DNA of 64,000 bases from an uncultured Planctomycetia bacterium (lineage in GTDB: Bacteria > Omnitrophota > Gorgyraeia > 1-14-0-20-64-10): NCBI GenBank assembly GCA_964597545.1, contig CAZQXN010000001.1, forward strand, positions 5,655-69,654, read 5' to 3'. Below the pieces are notes generated by a model. It saw only the letters and a list, made by a program, of their open reading frames with translations, searched no databases and was not told the origin of the DNA. How positions within the stretch are numbered: the first letter of the stretch is position 1; each line of letters opens with the position of its first letter. This document shows positions 38,948-49,111 of this stretch, piece after piece. A program made the position numbers and the translations under genes.

Positions 38948-39597
38948 TGAGAAATAAGCCTCTCCAACATTGCAACATCCACTTCACTTAAATCCGCCAC
39001 CACCTGATCGGCCTGGGCAAGTCGCTGGGGCTGGCCGTATCGATCCACCCCCACACAGCGCATTTTTGCCCGCTTGGCTCCCTCCACACCCAAGACAGCA
39101 TCCTCCACAACCACAGACCCTTCTGGGCCGACACCCAAGCGCTCAGCCGCCATCAGGAAACATTGGGGATCAGGCTTACCTTTGGTGATTGCATGTCCAT
39201 CTACCACGGCGTCGAAACGATCCAACGCCCCGATCTTTGTCAAGATCGGCACGCAATTCTTGCTAGACGAGATGGCCGCCACCTTGATCCCCTTTGCCTT
39301 CAAAGCCCCTATTAAGGAAAGGGTAGATGTATACACCGGGATCGGCTGGCTCTCCAAGAATTCCAAGAAGAAAGCCTGTTTGCGGTTAGCCGCCTTTTCT
39401 AGGGCCTCGCCCGTCAAATCCGTTAAGATCGCCTTGGCACCGTCGAGGCGCGGGATCCCGTCCACCTTGGCCTTGTAATCTGCAAAGGTAAAAGCAATCC
39501 CGTACTCAGCAAACATCCGCTTCCAAGCTTCAAAATGGATCGGGACGGTGTCCACAATCACCCCATCCATATCAAAAATAACGGCTTGTAACTGCAA
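38944..39597 (-). CDS. pgmB: beta-phosphoglucomutase (HAD superfamily)
   Basis: Nucleophile motif VIFDMDGVIVDT, 217 aa. Sits downstream of the GH65 gene. Confidence 0.8.
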   Translation of the reverse strand: MQLQAVIFDMDGVIVDTVPIHFEAWKRMFAEYGIAFTFADYKAKVDGIPRLDGAKAILTDLTGEALEKAANRKQAFFLEFLESQPIPVYTSTLSLIGALKAKGIKVAAISSSKNCVPILTKIGALDRFDAVVDGHAITKGKPDPQCFLMAAERLGVGPEGSVVVEDAVLGVEGAKRAKMRCVGVDRYGQPQRLAQADQVVADLSEVDVAMLERLISQ

Positions 39598-39722
39598 ATC
39601 TCCCTCCAGGGATACTGCCTTTAAAGTGCGTAGCTGTGGTGCAAGTACGCAAGGCGGGGTCGAGCTAGATAATCTATTTTACCACGCAGCCAAGCAACTT
39701 CCTACTACACTAACGCGGTTGC

Positions 39723-39908
39723 TTATCCGGAAATTGGAGCAAAGAACTTGAGGATGCCCAACAGGATGAGTACCACCCCGCCAATCCGAAGCCACTTGGC
39801 TTTTTTCTCCCCCAGCTTTTCCTTGTTGTGGGCCGAGAAGTACAGGGCGTAGGCTCCAGCGGCAATCATAATCAGCTTGTCCAGTACCGCACCGATCGCT
39901 TCAAACAT
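39723..39908 (-). CDS. small two-TM membrane protein (hypothetical)
   Basis: 61 aa with two hydrophobic helices. Confidence 0.3.
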   Translation of the reverse strand: MFEAIGAVLDKLIMIAAGAYALYFSAHNKEKLGEKKAKWLRIGGVVLILLGILKFFAPISG

Positions 39909-39923
39909 GGCAGGGTTCTTCCT

Positions 39924-40571
39924 CTATAGCGCAGTGGTGAATCGGGTCGAGATACTTCTGATTTCGCTCACAAACCGTTGGAGTTGCGCGGGGTGCACAA
40001 GCTTGGCACCCTTACACATCACCAGCCAAGCGCCCTTGCCTTCGATCCACCAACCCGGCTGCCCCCCCAAGAACTGAACTAAGCCTAGCTGGAACAGCTC
40101 TCGAATGGCCGGCTCATCCGGACCCTCCAAGAGGTAATGCTTGGCAAAATCCTCTGAGGATTCAAAGTGTATGCCGCTTCCCTTGTCCTGCTGCGCATAT
40201 GCCTCGGTTACAGTGCGCAGCGAAAACTCAGGAGCCCGTTTCTCGGTAAAGGCAATGGCTGCCACTGTCTGGACGCAGGTACGAGTGCTGGGACCCGTGC
40301 TGCTGGTGCACTCATAATCAAAAATAACCACCATCTGCCCTTCTATGGAACCGCGCAGGACATGCTTGATGGTTTTGCGATTTCCCCAGCGCAGCAGCAG
40401 GTGCGAGAGGGCCTCATCGACAAAACTCTCGTCTTCTCCGGCAAAAGCAAGGCCAGCACGCATGGCCGCATCCGAGAGAACCACCCCGCGCCTCTTTGCC
40501 TGCATCACTCTGCTTACCAGGAAGGCGCCGATAAAACCGCCCAAGAGTGCCAAAACAAACCAAAGCTGCAT
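39924..40571 (-). CDS. hypothetical membrane-anchored protein
   Basis: Start at MQLW with an AGGAGGGAG RBS. One N-terminal TM helix. The promoter region carries an inverted repeat. Confidence 0.45.
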   Translation of the reverse strand: MQLWFVLALLGGFIGAFLVSRVMQAKRRGVVLSDAAMRAGLAFAGEDESFVDEALSHLLLRWGNRKTIKHVLRGSIEGQMVVIFDYECTSSTGPSTRTCVQTVAAIAFTEKRAPEFSLRTVTEAYAQQDKGSGIHFESSEDFAKHYLLEGPDEPAIRELFQLGLVQFLGGQPGWWIEGKGAWLVMCKGAKLVHPAQLQRFVSEIRSISTRFTTAL

Positions 40572-40651
40572 CGCTCTCTTACTCCCTCCTAACACCCGGT
40601 ACCGGGTACAGTTGTTAACAGCTGTGGATAAGTGTACCCGGTACCATGGTT

Positions 40652-43600
40652 TCAAGCATTATCTTTTTTGAAAGGAGCGTCGATCCAATCCGCATGGCCC
40701 TGCTGCATGTCAAACCGCCACTTCCATGCAGCATAGAGGGCAGGGTAAATGATGAGTCCCAACAGAAAGGCTGAAAGAATCCCCCCCACCATGGGGGCTG
40801 CGATCCGCTTCATGACATCTGCGCCGGCTTCGTGCGCACCGGCCCACATGATCGGCAGAAGCCCCATGAAGGTGGTGCCCACTGCCATGGTCATGGGGCG
40901 CACTCGCTTGACCGCGCCGCTCATGACTGCCTCCTTAAGATCCTCGAAAGTCCTCAGCCGCCCTTCTCCTTTGCGCTCCTCATACGCCAGATCCAGATAG
41001 AGCAGCATGATGACCCCTATCTCCGCCGCCACCCCTGCCAAAGCAATAAAGCCAACACCGGCTGCAATGCTGAGGTTGTAGCCCAAAAGAAACATGAGCC
41101 ATACCGAACCGATTAAGGAAAGGGGCACCATGAACAAGACGATGAACGTCTTAACGACCGAACGGGTGTTGAGGTAAAGCAGAACAAAGATGAGCAGCAA
41201 GGTCACAGGAAGCATCACCGCCAGCCGCTGCATGGCCCGCTCCATGTATTCAAACTGACCGCTCCATGCCAGGTAAAAGCCCGGAGGGATCTCCACCTGC
41301 TCGGCAATCAACGCTTTGGCTTCAGTGACGAAGCTACCGATATCCCGACCTGCAAGATCCACATAGATCCAGCCAGTCAGCATCCCGTTTTCATTTTTGA
41401 TGACCGGCGGCCCTGTGGTCAGCTGGATATCGGCCAGCTGCCCAACCGGCACTTGGACCCCTGTCGGAGTAGCCACCAGGACACGCTTTAATTTCTCGGG
41501 ATCATCCCTGAGCTCCCTGGCATAGCGAACGTTGACCGGATAGCGCTCGCGGCCCTCCACAGTCCAGGTGATGTTCTTGCCGCCTACCGCGGTTTCAATG
41601 ATCTCCTCCACATCTCCCACTGTGAGTCCATACCGGGCCGCCTCTTTTCTATGGATGTCAAAGTCCAGGAAATACCCGCCGGTGACCCGCTCAGCATAGA
41701 CCGAGCGCGTCCCTTTCACCTGTGGAAGGATCGCTTCGATCTGTTCTCCAATCTTCTGGATCCTGTCTAAATCCGGCCCGTAGATCTTGATGCCGATGGG
41801 CGTGCGGATACCGGTGGTGAGCATGTCGATCCGGGTCTTGATCGGCATGATCCAAGCGTTGGTGGTCCCAGGAAACTGCATGGCCTGGTCCATATCCTCA
41901 ATGAGCTCCTCCCACGTCCGCCGCCTTCCCCGGGTGCCATCAACCGGCCACTGCTCATGGGGCTTGAGCTTGATCACGGTTTCCACCATAGACAAGGGTG
42001 CCGGGTCTGTCGCAGTGCGGGCCCGCCCCACCTTTCCAAAGACAGTCTCTACTTCGGGAAAGGACTTGAGCACCTGGTCTTGGGCCTGGAGCCATTCTCG
42101 CGCGCTCTCAATGGAGATCCCCGGCAGGGTGGTGGGCATATAAAGGATGTCCCCTTCATTCAACGGCGGCATAAACTCTGAACCGAGTTTCAAAGAGACC
42201 GGAACGGTCAGCAGAAGCAGGATCGCAGCAGCCGCAAAAACTTGTTTGCGCCAGCGCAGAACCCGCTCCAGCACAGGGGCATAGAAGCGCTTGAGCATTC
42301 GGCTGACCGGATGCTGCTCTTCCGGATGGATCTTGCCGGCCACCACAAAGTTGACCAGTCGGCCCAACCATTTGGGCCCTGCCACCTTCCGCTCCCTGGT
42401 GGGTTTAAGCAGCCACTGCAGTAAAACCGGCACCAGGGTGATGGCGAGAACCGCTGCAAAGAACATGGCGTAGTTCTTGGTGAAGGCCAGGGGCGTGAAG
42501 AGCCGCCCCTCCTGGGCCTGCAGGGCAAAGACCGGCATGAAGGAAACTGCAATCACCAGCAGGGAGAAGAAGATGGGCCGTCCCACTTCCTGGGCTGCGC
42601 GCAAGAGCACCTCAGCAACCGGCTCTGTGCGCCCTGTGCCTTCCCATCGCTCCAAGCGTTTGTGCGCATTCTCAACCAACACAATGGAGGCATCCACCAT
42701 GGCCCCGATAGCGATGGCAATACCCCCTAACGACATGATGTTCGAGGTCAGCCCCATCCCGGCCATGGGGATAAAGGCAAAGAGGGCCGCAATGGGAAGG
42801 GTAACGATGGGAATGAGGGCCGAGCGGAAGTGCCACAGGAAGAGAATGATCACGAGACTGACCACCAACATCTCTTCGGTGAGCTTCCTTTTGAGGGTTG
42901 TGATGGAGCGGCGGATGAGATCCGAACGGTCGTAGGTGGTAACGAGCTCTACGCCTTCCGGAAAGGCAGATTTGACCTCCTCAAGTTTCGTCTTCACCCG
43001 GTCAATGACTTGAAGGGCATTCTCGCCGTAGCGCATCACGACAATGCCGCCGACCACCTCTCCTCTGCCGTTAAGCTCGGCGGCACCCCGGCGCATCTCC
43101 GGCCCGAACTGGACGATGGCGACATCACGCACCAGAATCGGTGTGCCAGTCTTCTCGTTGACCCCTATCGGAATCTGCTCTACGTCCTCCAAGGAGCGGA
43201 TGTAGCCCCGCCCGCGCACCATATACTCTGTTTCGGCCAACTCAATGACCCGCCCTCCCACATCGTTGTTGGAACGCTGGATCGCCATGATGACATGCTT
43301 AATCGGAATACCGAAAGCCAGGAGCGCATCGGGATTGATATTGACTTGATATTGGCGCACAAAGCCCCCGACTGAGGCCACCTCGGCCACACCCGGGACT
43401 GATTCCAGCCAGTAGCGCAGATACCAATCCTGAAAGGTTCTAAGCTCCGACAAGTCATTGCGGCCGCTCTCATCCACCAAGGCATATTCAAAAACCCACC
43501 CCACTCCGGTGGCATCGGGGCCGAGTGTGGGATTGACTCCTTGAGGAAGGTTGCCGGTGATCTTGTTTAAATATTCGAGCGTCCGGGAACGGGCCCAATA

Positions 43601-43909
43601 GATGTCGGTACCGTCCTTGAAGATGGCGTAGACAAAGGAAAGGCCAAAGAAGGAGTAGCCCCGGACCACCTTTACCTTTGGAGCTGCAATCATGGAGCTG
43701 ACAATCGGATAGGTCAACTGATCTTCCACCAGGTCCGGAGAGCGCCCGGGCCATTCGGTAAAGACGATCACTTGGACATCTGAGAGATCCGGGATCGCAT
43801 CCAAGGGAGTGTTGCGGACCGACCACACCCCCCAACCGATGGCGACAATCGTCCCCAACAGAACGAAGAAGCGGTTTTTACTGCACCAGGCAATGAGTTT
43901 TTCAATCAT
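40652..43909 (-). CDS. heavy-metal efflux RND transporter (CusA/CzcA family)
   Basis: 1085 aa HME-RND pattern (AcrB/CzcA family N-terminus MIEKLIAW...). Confidence 0.9.
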   Translation of the reverse strand: MIEKLIAWCSKNRFFVLLGTIVAIGWGVWSVRNTPLDAIPDLSDVQVIVFTEWPGRSPDLVEDQLTYPIVSSMIAAPKVKVVRGYSFFGLSFVYAIFKDGTDIYWARSRTLEYLNKITGNLPQGVNPTLGPDATGVGWVFEYALVDESGRNDLSELRTFQDWYLRYWLESVPGVAEVASVGGFVRQYQVNINPDALLAFGIPIKHVIMAIQRSNNDVGGRVIELAETEYMVRGRGYIRSLEDVEQIPIGVNEKTGTPILVRDVAIVQFGPEMRRGAAELNGRGEVVGGIVVMRYGENALQVIDRVKTKLEEVKSAFPEGVELVTTYDRSDLIRRSITTLKRKLTEEMLVVSLVIILFLWHFRSALIPIVTLPIAALFAFIPMAGMGLTSNIMSLGGIAIAIGAMVDASIVLVENAHKRLERWEGTGRTEPVAEVLLRAAQEVGRPIFFSLLVIAVSFMPVFALQAQEGRLFTPLAFTKNYAMFFAAVLAITLVPVLLQWLLKPTRERKVAGPKWLGRLVNFVVAGKIHPEEQHPVSRMLKRFYAPVLERVLRWRKQVFAAAAILLLLTVPVSLKLGSEFMPPLNEGDILYMPTTLPGISIESAREWLQAQDQVLKSFPEVETVFGKVGRARTATDPAPLSMVETVIKLKPHEQWPVDGTRGRRRTWEELIEDMDQAMQFPGTTNAWIMPIKTRIDMLTTGIRTPIGIKIYGPDLDRIQKIGEQIEAILPQVKGTRSVYAERVTGGYFLDFDIHRKEAARYGLTVGDVEEIIETAVGGKNITWTVEGRERYPVNVRYARELRDDPEKLKRVLVATPTGVQVPVGQLADIQLTTGPPVIKNENGMLTGWIYVDLAGRDIGSFVTEAKALIAEQVEIPPGFYLAWSGQFEYMERAMQRLAVMLPVTLLLIFVLLYLNTRSVVKTFIVLFMVPLSLIGSVWLMFLLGYNLSIAAGVGFIALAGVAAEIGVIMLLYLDLAYEERKGEGRLRTFEDLKEAVMSGAVKRVRPMTMAVGTTFMGLLPIMWAGAHEAGADVMKRIAAPMVGGILSAFLLGLIIYPALYAAWKWRFDMQQGHADWIDAPFKKDNA

Positions 43910-43914
43910 GGCGA

Positions 43915-45039
43915 TTAATGCTGATGGCCGCTGGCCGCAGCAGAAGAGGCAGCCCGAAGCCTGCTCTCAGAATCAATCAAGAAATTGCCGGAGGTGACAA
44001 CGCGCTGACCGGCCTCAAGCCCTTCTACAACGGCATGGTAACCCTCTGCCCGAGCTCCCAGCTGGACTTCGTGGGGCACAAATTGTCCCTCGCCTGTCTC
44101 GACAAAAACGATCTGGCGAGCCCCGGTATCCATGACAGCGCTCTCTGGAACCGCCAGATGCTCTCCCAATGAGGCTTGGATCTTGGCATTGGCAAACATC
44201 TGGGGCTTGAGCTTGCCCTCGGGGTTGGGAATGAGGACCCGGACCTTGGCGCTTCGGGTTTTAGGATCCAAGACGGTATCGATGGAGCCGATGGTGCCGT
44301 GAAAAATCTGTCCCGGGAAAGCGCGCACCTCTACGGCAACCGGATCCCCTTCCCGGACCAGGGGCACCTCATATTCATAGAGGGTGCCGTAGAGCCAGAC
44401 ATCGCCGGGTCCATCCGCCAACAGCAGGCGCTCGTCGGGTCCACTCCCTTGCGCCAACTGCTCAATCTGTTTGTCATTCAACCCCAGCAACCGCAGCCGC
44501 AGCCGGGCAGAACTTACAAGTTTCTTGGCGCGCTCCTGAATCTCCGGGATGGTGCTTTGGCTTACGCTGCTAAACCCTTTGAGGGCGGCCAAATATTCCT
44601 CTTGGGCATGGTAGAGATCCGGATCATAGGCAATGAGCCCCACGGTGCTGATCGTTTTGGTGAGCGCACGTCTTTGAATGACCTCGGTCTTGACCCCGAT
44701 AAGCTGTTGGCGTTGGGGGGTAATTCGAACCGGTGCATGACCTTCCGGCAAAGCGGCCTCTCCATGGCCCCCATGACTCTGATGGCCGGCCTGAGCCGCC
44801 TCTACGGCATGAGGCTCCTCTGGCTTGACCGGAACCAGCGTCATCCCACAGATGGGGCAATCTCCCGCTTGGTCCGACACGTAGGTCGGATGCATCGGGC
44901 AATGGTAAAGCGCTTGCTGCTGGCCGGAATGCATCCGGTGCGCTCCGGAATCATGTGAAGCGCGCCACCACAGCAAGCCAACCCCGGCCAATAGGACAAC
45001 AAGCAGAACAGCTGTTAACCGCTTAAGAAGCGCTTTCAT
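43915..45039 (-). CDS. RND efflux periplasmic adaptor (CusB-like) with N-terminal metal-binding motif
   Basis: YHCPMHP...CPICGM heavy-metal-associated segment followed by the MFP beta-barrel/biotinyl-like domains. Confidence 0.8.
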   Translation of the reverse strand: MKALLKRLTAVLLVVLLAGVGLLWWRASHDSGAHRMHSGQQQALYHCPMHPTYVSDQAGDCPICGMTLVPVKPEEPHAVEAAQAGHQSHGGHGEAALPEGHAPVRITPQRQQLIGVKTEVIQRRALTKTISTVGLIAYDPDLYHAQEEYLAALKGFSSVSQSTIPEIQERAKKLVSSARLRLRLLGLNDKQIEQLAQGSGPDERLLLADGPGDVWLYGTLYEYEVPLVREGDPVAVEVRAFPGQIFHGTIGSIDTVLDPKTRSAKVRVLIPNPEGKLKPQMFANAKIQASLGEHLAVPESAVMDTGARQIVFVETGEGQFVPHEVQLGARAEGYHAVVEGLEAGQRVVTSGNFLIDSESRLRAASSAAASGHQH

Positions 45040-46342
45040 CGTTTCCCCCCTGCGCATTAAGATCCATTCCGACAGCGCGCTCGAGTGCCGCAAACTGCTG
45101 TGCGGTGTCCGTATAGGCGCGCCAGTAGGTCAGTTGAGCGTTGAGCCACACCCGTTCGCCCTCGAGCAGGTTCAAAAAATCAGACTCCCCTGCTTGATAG
45201 GCCGCCTCTGCGGCATCTAAGACCTGCTCTGCTTGGGGAATAACCGCAGTCTTATACAGGGAGACAAGATTCCGGGCCGTTTCCCACCGCACATACGCAT
45301 CCGCCACTTCAAACTCCGCGGCATTCTCCAGTTGGCGCACCTGAGCCTCAGAGGAAGCGGCTTGGGCCTTGGCTTCATCTACGTTGGCACGCAAGCGCTT
45401 CTCCCAAATCGGAAGATTAAACTTAAAGGTGACGTTCCACGCATCGGTTCCATCATCCGCAGAGGAGGTGCTGCCTCCTCCGATGTCCATGTAATTGAAG
45501 CCAGCGGTCAAATCCGGAAAGCGCCGCCGCTTGGCCAGCCGCACCTGTGTCTCGTCCCGCCGGAGACGGTGCTGACCCGCAAGAACTTCTTGGCGGTGAT
45601 CCCGGGCCATCTGCTGGAGCTCCTCCAAAGAAAAAGCAAGGGCCGGCAGCGCAAAGATGCTGGGGGAGTCCATGGGGGCATTCTCCGGGCGGTCCAATAG
45701 GGCGTTCAGCTGAGCTTGGACGGTGGCAGCCTGCTGCTTTAAGCTCAGCAACCGGTCTATCGCCCGAGAAATCTCCACCTGCGCCTTGGAGACATCCTGG
45801 CTGCGACCCCCATGGGCTGCGAAGTGAGACCGAGCCACCTGCTCCAAGTGCTCGAGCAGGGTCTTGTCCTGTTCAGTAATCTCGATGGCGTTGCGGATCC
45901 AAAAGAGCTCGTAATACGTCTGTTTCACCTGCGCGAGGATCTCCTGTTCGGTCGCCCGGTAGAGTTGTCCCAGTGCCTTGGCCTCTTCGGCAGCCACCTG
46001 GCTCCGATCAGACAACTTGCCTGGAAAGGGCAGCTTTTGGCTGATCCCGAAGGCTTGCTCCTGCGGACCAACCCGCGTCTGCACCTCTTCACCAAAATAG
46101 GTGTAGCTCACCACCGGATCCTCCAGCCAGCCGACCTGCGCACCCTTCTCTCGAGCCGCCTGCCACTGGGCTCTGGCCGCTTGAATTTGAGGATTGTTGT
46201 CTCTGGCCTCATCCAACAGCGCTTCAATTGAGCCCTTCTGGGGCAGAGGGGCCTCTCCCCCTGCCTCAGCCGAAACAGCTGGGGCGAAGGCCGCATGGGC
46301 CAAACCCAATAACGCCAGCGCCGAGAAGAACAATCGCATCAC
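45023..46342 (-). CDS. outer-membrane efflux protein (TolC/CusC family)
   Basis: Signal peptide and two OEP repeats. Confidence 0.8.
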   Translation of the reverse strand: MMRLFFSALALLGLAHAAFAPAVSAEAGGEAPLPQKGSIEALLDEARDNNPQIQAARAQWQAAREKGAQVGWLEDPVVSYTYFGEEVQTRVGPQEQAFGISQKLPFPGKLSDRSQVAAEEAKALGQLYRATEQEILAQVKQTYYELFWIRNAIEITEQDKTLLEHLEQVARSHFAAHGGRSQDVSKAQVEISRAIDRLLSLKQQAATVQAQLNALLDRPENAPMDSPSIFALPALAFSLEELQQMARDHRQEVLAGQHRLRRDETQVRLAKRRRFPDLTAGFNYMDIGGGSTSSADDGTDAWNVTFKFNLPIWEKRLRANVDEAKAQAASSEAQVRQLENAAEFEVADAYVRWETARNLVSLYKTAVIPQAEQVLDAAEAAYQAGESDFLNLLEGERVWLNAQLTYWRAYTDTAQQFAALERAVGMDLNAQGGNDESAS

Positions 46343-46608
46343 TGCACAAATCGGTGAATGGTTTCCATGAGTTCATCCACCTTCTGCGTTCCGCCGCGAC
46401 CCTTGATTGCTTGGGAAACACAGTGATCCACATGGCCCCGCATGACCTTAAGGGACACCTCATCCACAGCCCGCCGGATGGCAGTCAGCTGCTGAATGAT
46501 ATCGATGCAGTAGCGCTGTTCCTGGATCATGCGCGCCACCCCTCGTACCTGACCCTCAATTCGATTGAGCCTTACCTCTACCCCTGTATGCTTAGCACCT
46601 TTTGGCAT
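46339..46608 (-). CDS. CsoR/RcnR-family metal-sensing transcriptional repressor
   Basis: 89 aa, DUF156 pattern with C-H-C ligand positions. Upstream of the efflux operon. Confidence 0.8.
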   Translation of the reverse strand: MPKGAKHTGVEVRLNRIEGQVRGVARMIQEQRYCIDIIQQLTAIRRAVDEVSLKVMRGHVDHCVSQAIKGRGGTQKVDELMETIHRFVQ

Positions 46609-46703
46609 GGTCTCCTCCTATACTCACCCCCAGTATGCCATACTCCGGGGGGGTATGTCAAGTGCAAAAATAAAAAAGCCGGAAACACGGCTTGCTGCCA
46701 GTT

Positions 46704-46741
46704 GGGCGTTTTGGCTCGTTTTGCTAGCACCCCGTTAGCAC
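46704..46741. repeat. GGGCGTTTTGGCTCGTTTTGCTAGCACCCCGTTAGCAC motif copy 1 (tandem TAGCAC half-sites)
   Basis: Near-identical to sequences at 48032-48069 and 58398-58422, which lie inside the ends of the integrated element. Confidence 0.6.
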
Positions 46742-46782
46742 AGGCCAGCATCCTTACTGAATAACCAGGGGGTACTCCATTT

Positions 46783-47823
46783 TCAAAAATACTTTCGCCT
46801 GAACCAAAGCGCGACGGCTACGAGACTGATCAAAATGGGAACCTCCACAAGTGGACCAATCACGGCTGCAAACGCTACCCCAGAATGAACACCGAATACC
46901 GCTACGGCTACCGCGATAGCAAGCTCGAAGTTATTGCTCGCCGCAGTAAAGGAGAGTGTGGCCGACTGGCCGTAAGAAGCGCCAATCTTCTTGCTCATGA
47001 AAAAGGAGATCAGGAACATCACGACGAAATAAATGAGCAGTGGAACTGCGATCCGAACGACATCCAACGGAATTCTGACGATGGTATCCCCTTTCAGAGA
47101 AAACATCACGACAATCGTAAACAGCAGCGCGATGAGCGTGATGGGGCTAATCGTCGGGATGAAGCGCGTCTCGTACCAAACCTTGCCCTTCGCTTTGAGT
47201 AGAACGAAGCGCGTCAAGGCACCCGCAAGGAATGGAATGCCCAGATAGATGAAAACGCTTTGGGCGATCTGGACAATCGTGATGTCGACAACCGCGCCTT
47301 GCAGGCCGAACCAACGCGGCAGGATCGTGATAAAAACCCAGGCGTAAAGTGAGAAGAAAAGCACCTGAAAGATCGAGTTGAACGCCACAAGCCCCGCACA
47401 ATATTCCGTATCCCCTTCGGCGAGCTCATTCCACACGATGACCATCGCAATGCAGCGGGCGAGACCAATCAGGATGAGCCCAATCATATATTCCGGATAA
47501 CCTCGGAGGAACAGGATCGCCAGCGCAAACATCAGGACAGGACCAATCACCCAGTTCTGGACCAGGGACAGGAGCAGGACTTTAGTGTTTTTGAACACAT
47601 CGCCAAGTTCTTCGTATTTCACCTTGGCGAGGGGTGGATACATCATGAGAATGAGGCCAACCGCGATCGGGACATTGGTCGTGCCCACCTGAAACTTGCT
47701 CCAAAAACCAACGACCGGCGGATAGAAATATCCGGCTGCGACGCCGACACCCATGCCCAGAAAGATCCAGAGCGTCAAAAACCGGTCTAGGAACGAAAGT
47801 TGTTTCTTGCCGCATCGACTCAT
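46783..47823 (-). CDS. ACR3-family arsenite efflux transporter
   Basis: 346 aa, about 10 TM helices, ACR3 signature region ([14 protein letters not shown]). Confidence 0.85.
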   Translation of the reverse strand: MSRCGKKQLSFLDRFLTLWIFLGMGVGVAAGYFYPPVVGFWSKFQVGTTNVPIAVGLILMMYPPLAKVKYEELGDVFKNTKVLLLSLVQNWVIGPVLMFALAILFLRGYPEYMIGLILIGLARCIAMVIVWNELAEGDTEYCAGLVAFNSIFQVLFFSLYAWVFITILPRWFGLQGAVVDITIVQIAQSVFIYLGIPFLAGALTRFVLLKAKGKVWYETRFIPTISPITLIALLFTIVVMFSLKGDTIVRIPLDVVRIAVPLLIYFVVMFLISFFMSKKIGASYGQSATLSFTAASNNFELAIAVAVAVFGVHSGVAFAAVIGPLVEVPILISLVAVALWFRRKYF

Positions 47824-47889
47824 GAATCTCTCCTGTTAAAGACCGAAAGCATTCCCATGTGGGTTGGCGGTATTGCAACACAAAGGCGA

Positions 47890-47931
47890 AGCCGGCGACA
47901 GGAGTCGAACCTGCGACCCGCGCATTACGAA
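47890..47931 (-). pseudogene. 3' fragment of a tRNA-Thr(CGU) gene (anticodon loop to 3' end), displaced by the insertion
   Basis: Revcomp UUCGUAAUGCGCGGGUCGCAGGUUCGACUCCUGUCGCCGGCU. Pairs perfectly with the 5' half at 58519-58567. Confidence 0.7.
47914..47931. repeat. 18-bp direct repeat CGACCCGCGCATTACGAA (left att core)
   Basis: Identical copy at 58519-58536. Confidence 0.8.
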
Positions 47932-48031
47932 ATCCCCTTGGTATTTTAACGGTCTTTGCTGGTGTTGCGTAATGGTTTCTGCTGGTAGGAGTTAGGGGAA
48001 AGTGGTTTTGCTGCTGGTTGCTGGTGTTTCA

Positions 48032-48069
48032 GGGTGTTTTGGCTTGTTTTGTTAGCACCCTGTTAGCAC
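48032..48069. repeat. GGGTGTTTTGGCTTGTTTTGTTAGCACCCTGTTAGCAC motif copy 2 (tandem TGTTAGCAC), ~100 bp inside the left element end
   Basis: Direct-orientation copy of the motif at 58398-58422. Candidate integrase arm-type site. Confidence 0.6.
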
Positions 48070-48076
48070 GGGAAGA

Positions 48077-48472
48077 TTACCGCTCGGGCTGTCCTTCTTC
48101 CTTCTCTGGAGCCCTATATCGGGAAACTATTTTGGCGCCTTCCTTGTAGGCTTTATCGTGGTCAGAACTTATATAGAAAAGCACAGCATCCTCCATTGAG
48201 TGCTGTTCTGAACTACAAAAACTACAGTTTGGGACAATCACTGTCTTTGCGCAGTCTCTGCAGAGAATAAAAAGACTCCTAACTCCCTTCTGCCCGCGAG
48301 GGAAGCTTTTAAATGGGGAAAGTTCATGCTTCAGTTGCTCCCCTATTACGTGTCCCGAATCACTTTTTAGGAAGCGTTTTAACTTCTCAGCTTCTTTGAC
48401 TTGAACTGCATCTTTTGAATCGTGGGCTGCTTGAAATTCGGGATGTTCGTGAACTGAGGGACAACCGCCCAT
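48077..48472 (-). CDS. hypothetical protein (131 aa, Cys-containing), AT-rich cargo gene
   Basis: No recognisable family. Contains CRDC...CSFC. Translationally coupled (TGATG) to the upstream gene. GC content is well below the genome background. Confidence 0.45.
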   Translation of the reverse strand: MGGCPSVHEHPEFQAAHDSKDAVQVKEAEKLKRFLKSDSGHVIGEQLKHELSPFKSFPRGQKGVRSLFILCRDCAKTVIVPNCSFCSSEQHSMEDAVLFYISSDHDKAYKEGAKIVSRYRAPEKEEGQPER

Positions 48473-48927
48473 TACCTGTTGGCGAAACGGGACCTGACCT
48501 TCTCAAGAAGATTCTGGTCAACTCGAATCTTCTTCTCAGAATCAAGCTCGATACCGTATTGCCTCTCCGCATTCGCACAGTAGTTGCTGTAGTGTTCTAT
48601 TAAACGAGCAAATGGTGGGCAATTGTTGAGGATGAGTACATAGAAATCAACATTGACATCATTCTCACAAAATGCCAGAAAGTTATAGGTTTCTTTATAG
48701 CAATCTAGCTGGAATTTATCCCGGGCCTTGAGGTCTTTTAGTTTGGCAAGCGACATCTGGAGTTCGTTAAAGGCTTCGTAGCAGTGTTCGGAACTTTCAC
48801 CTATTTTCCTGATTCGAATTTCCTGTTCCCAGCGCTTGACATCTTTTTCAAGTTGCTCAACGTCGATCTTAAATTCTCTTACCTTGCTCTTAACAGCCCT
48901 CTCTTGAACATTGAGCATGGTTGACAC
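48472..48927 (-). CDS. hypothetical protein (151 aa), AT-rich cargo gene
   Basis: No recognisable family. First gene of a two-gene cassette between the element tRNA and the left att site. Confidence 0.45.
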   Translation of the reverse strand: MSTMLNVQERAVKSKVREFKIDVEQLEKDVKRWEQEIRIRKIGESSEHCYEAFNELQMSLAKLKDLKARDKFQLDCYKETYNFLAFCENDVNVDFYVLILNNCPPFARLIEHYSNYCANAERQYGIELDSEKKIRVDQNLLEKVRSRFANR

Positions 48928-49026
48928 CCTCCTTTCTTCTGTGCCATGGAGACTTAGGTGGCGAATCCCATAGATAAGTATACCTGATGAACTATCGCGA
49001 GGAGCTACACGTATATTATATCAAAA

Positions 49027-49100
49027 AAGCCGCCGAGAGGAATCGAACCTCCGACCCGTCGCTTACGAAGCGACTGCTCTACCAAACTGAGCTACGGCGG
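49027..49100 (-). tRNA. tRNA-Thr(CGU), intact, element-borne
   Basis: GCCGCCGUAGCUCAGUUUGGUAGAGCAGUCGCUUCGUAAGCGACGGGUCGGAGGUUCGAUUCCUCUCGGCGGCU forms a perfect 74-nt cloverleaf. Sequence differs from the split host copy in the anticodon and T stems. Lies 11 bp downstream of int. Confidence 0.8.
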
Positions 49101-49111
49101 CGTAAGGCTGA

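Noticed and set aside
47932-49026. Treating 47932-49026 as a separate small island bounded by the intact element tRNA-Thr and the 3' tRNA fragment
   Set aside because: The 3' fragment matches the distant 5' half at 58519-58567 base for base but differs from the adjacent intact tRNA in both stems. The simplest model is a single 10.6 kb insertion with an internal tRNA copy. A tandem-element alternative cannot be excluded.
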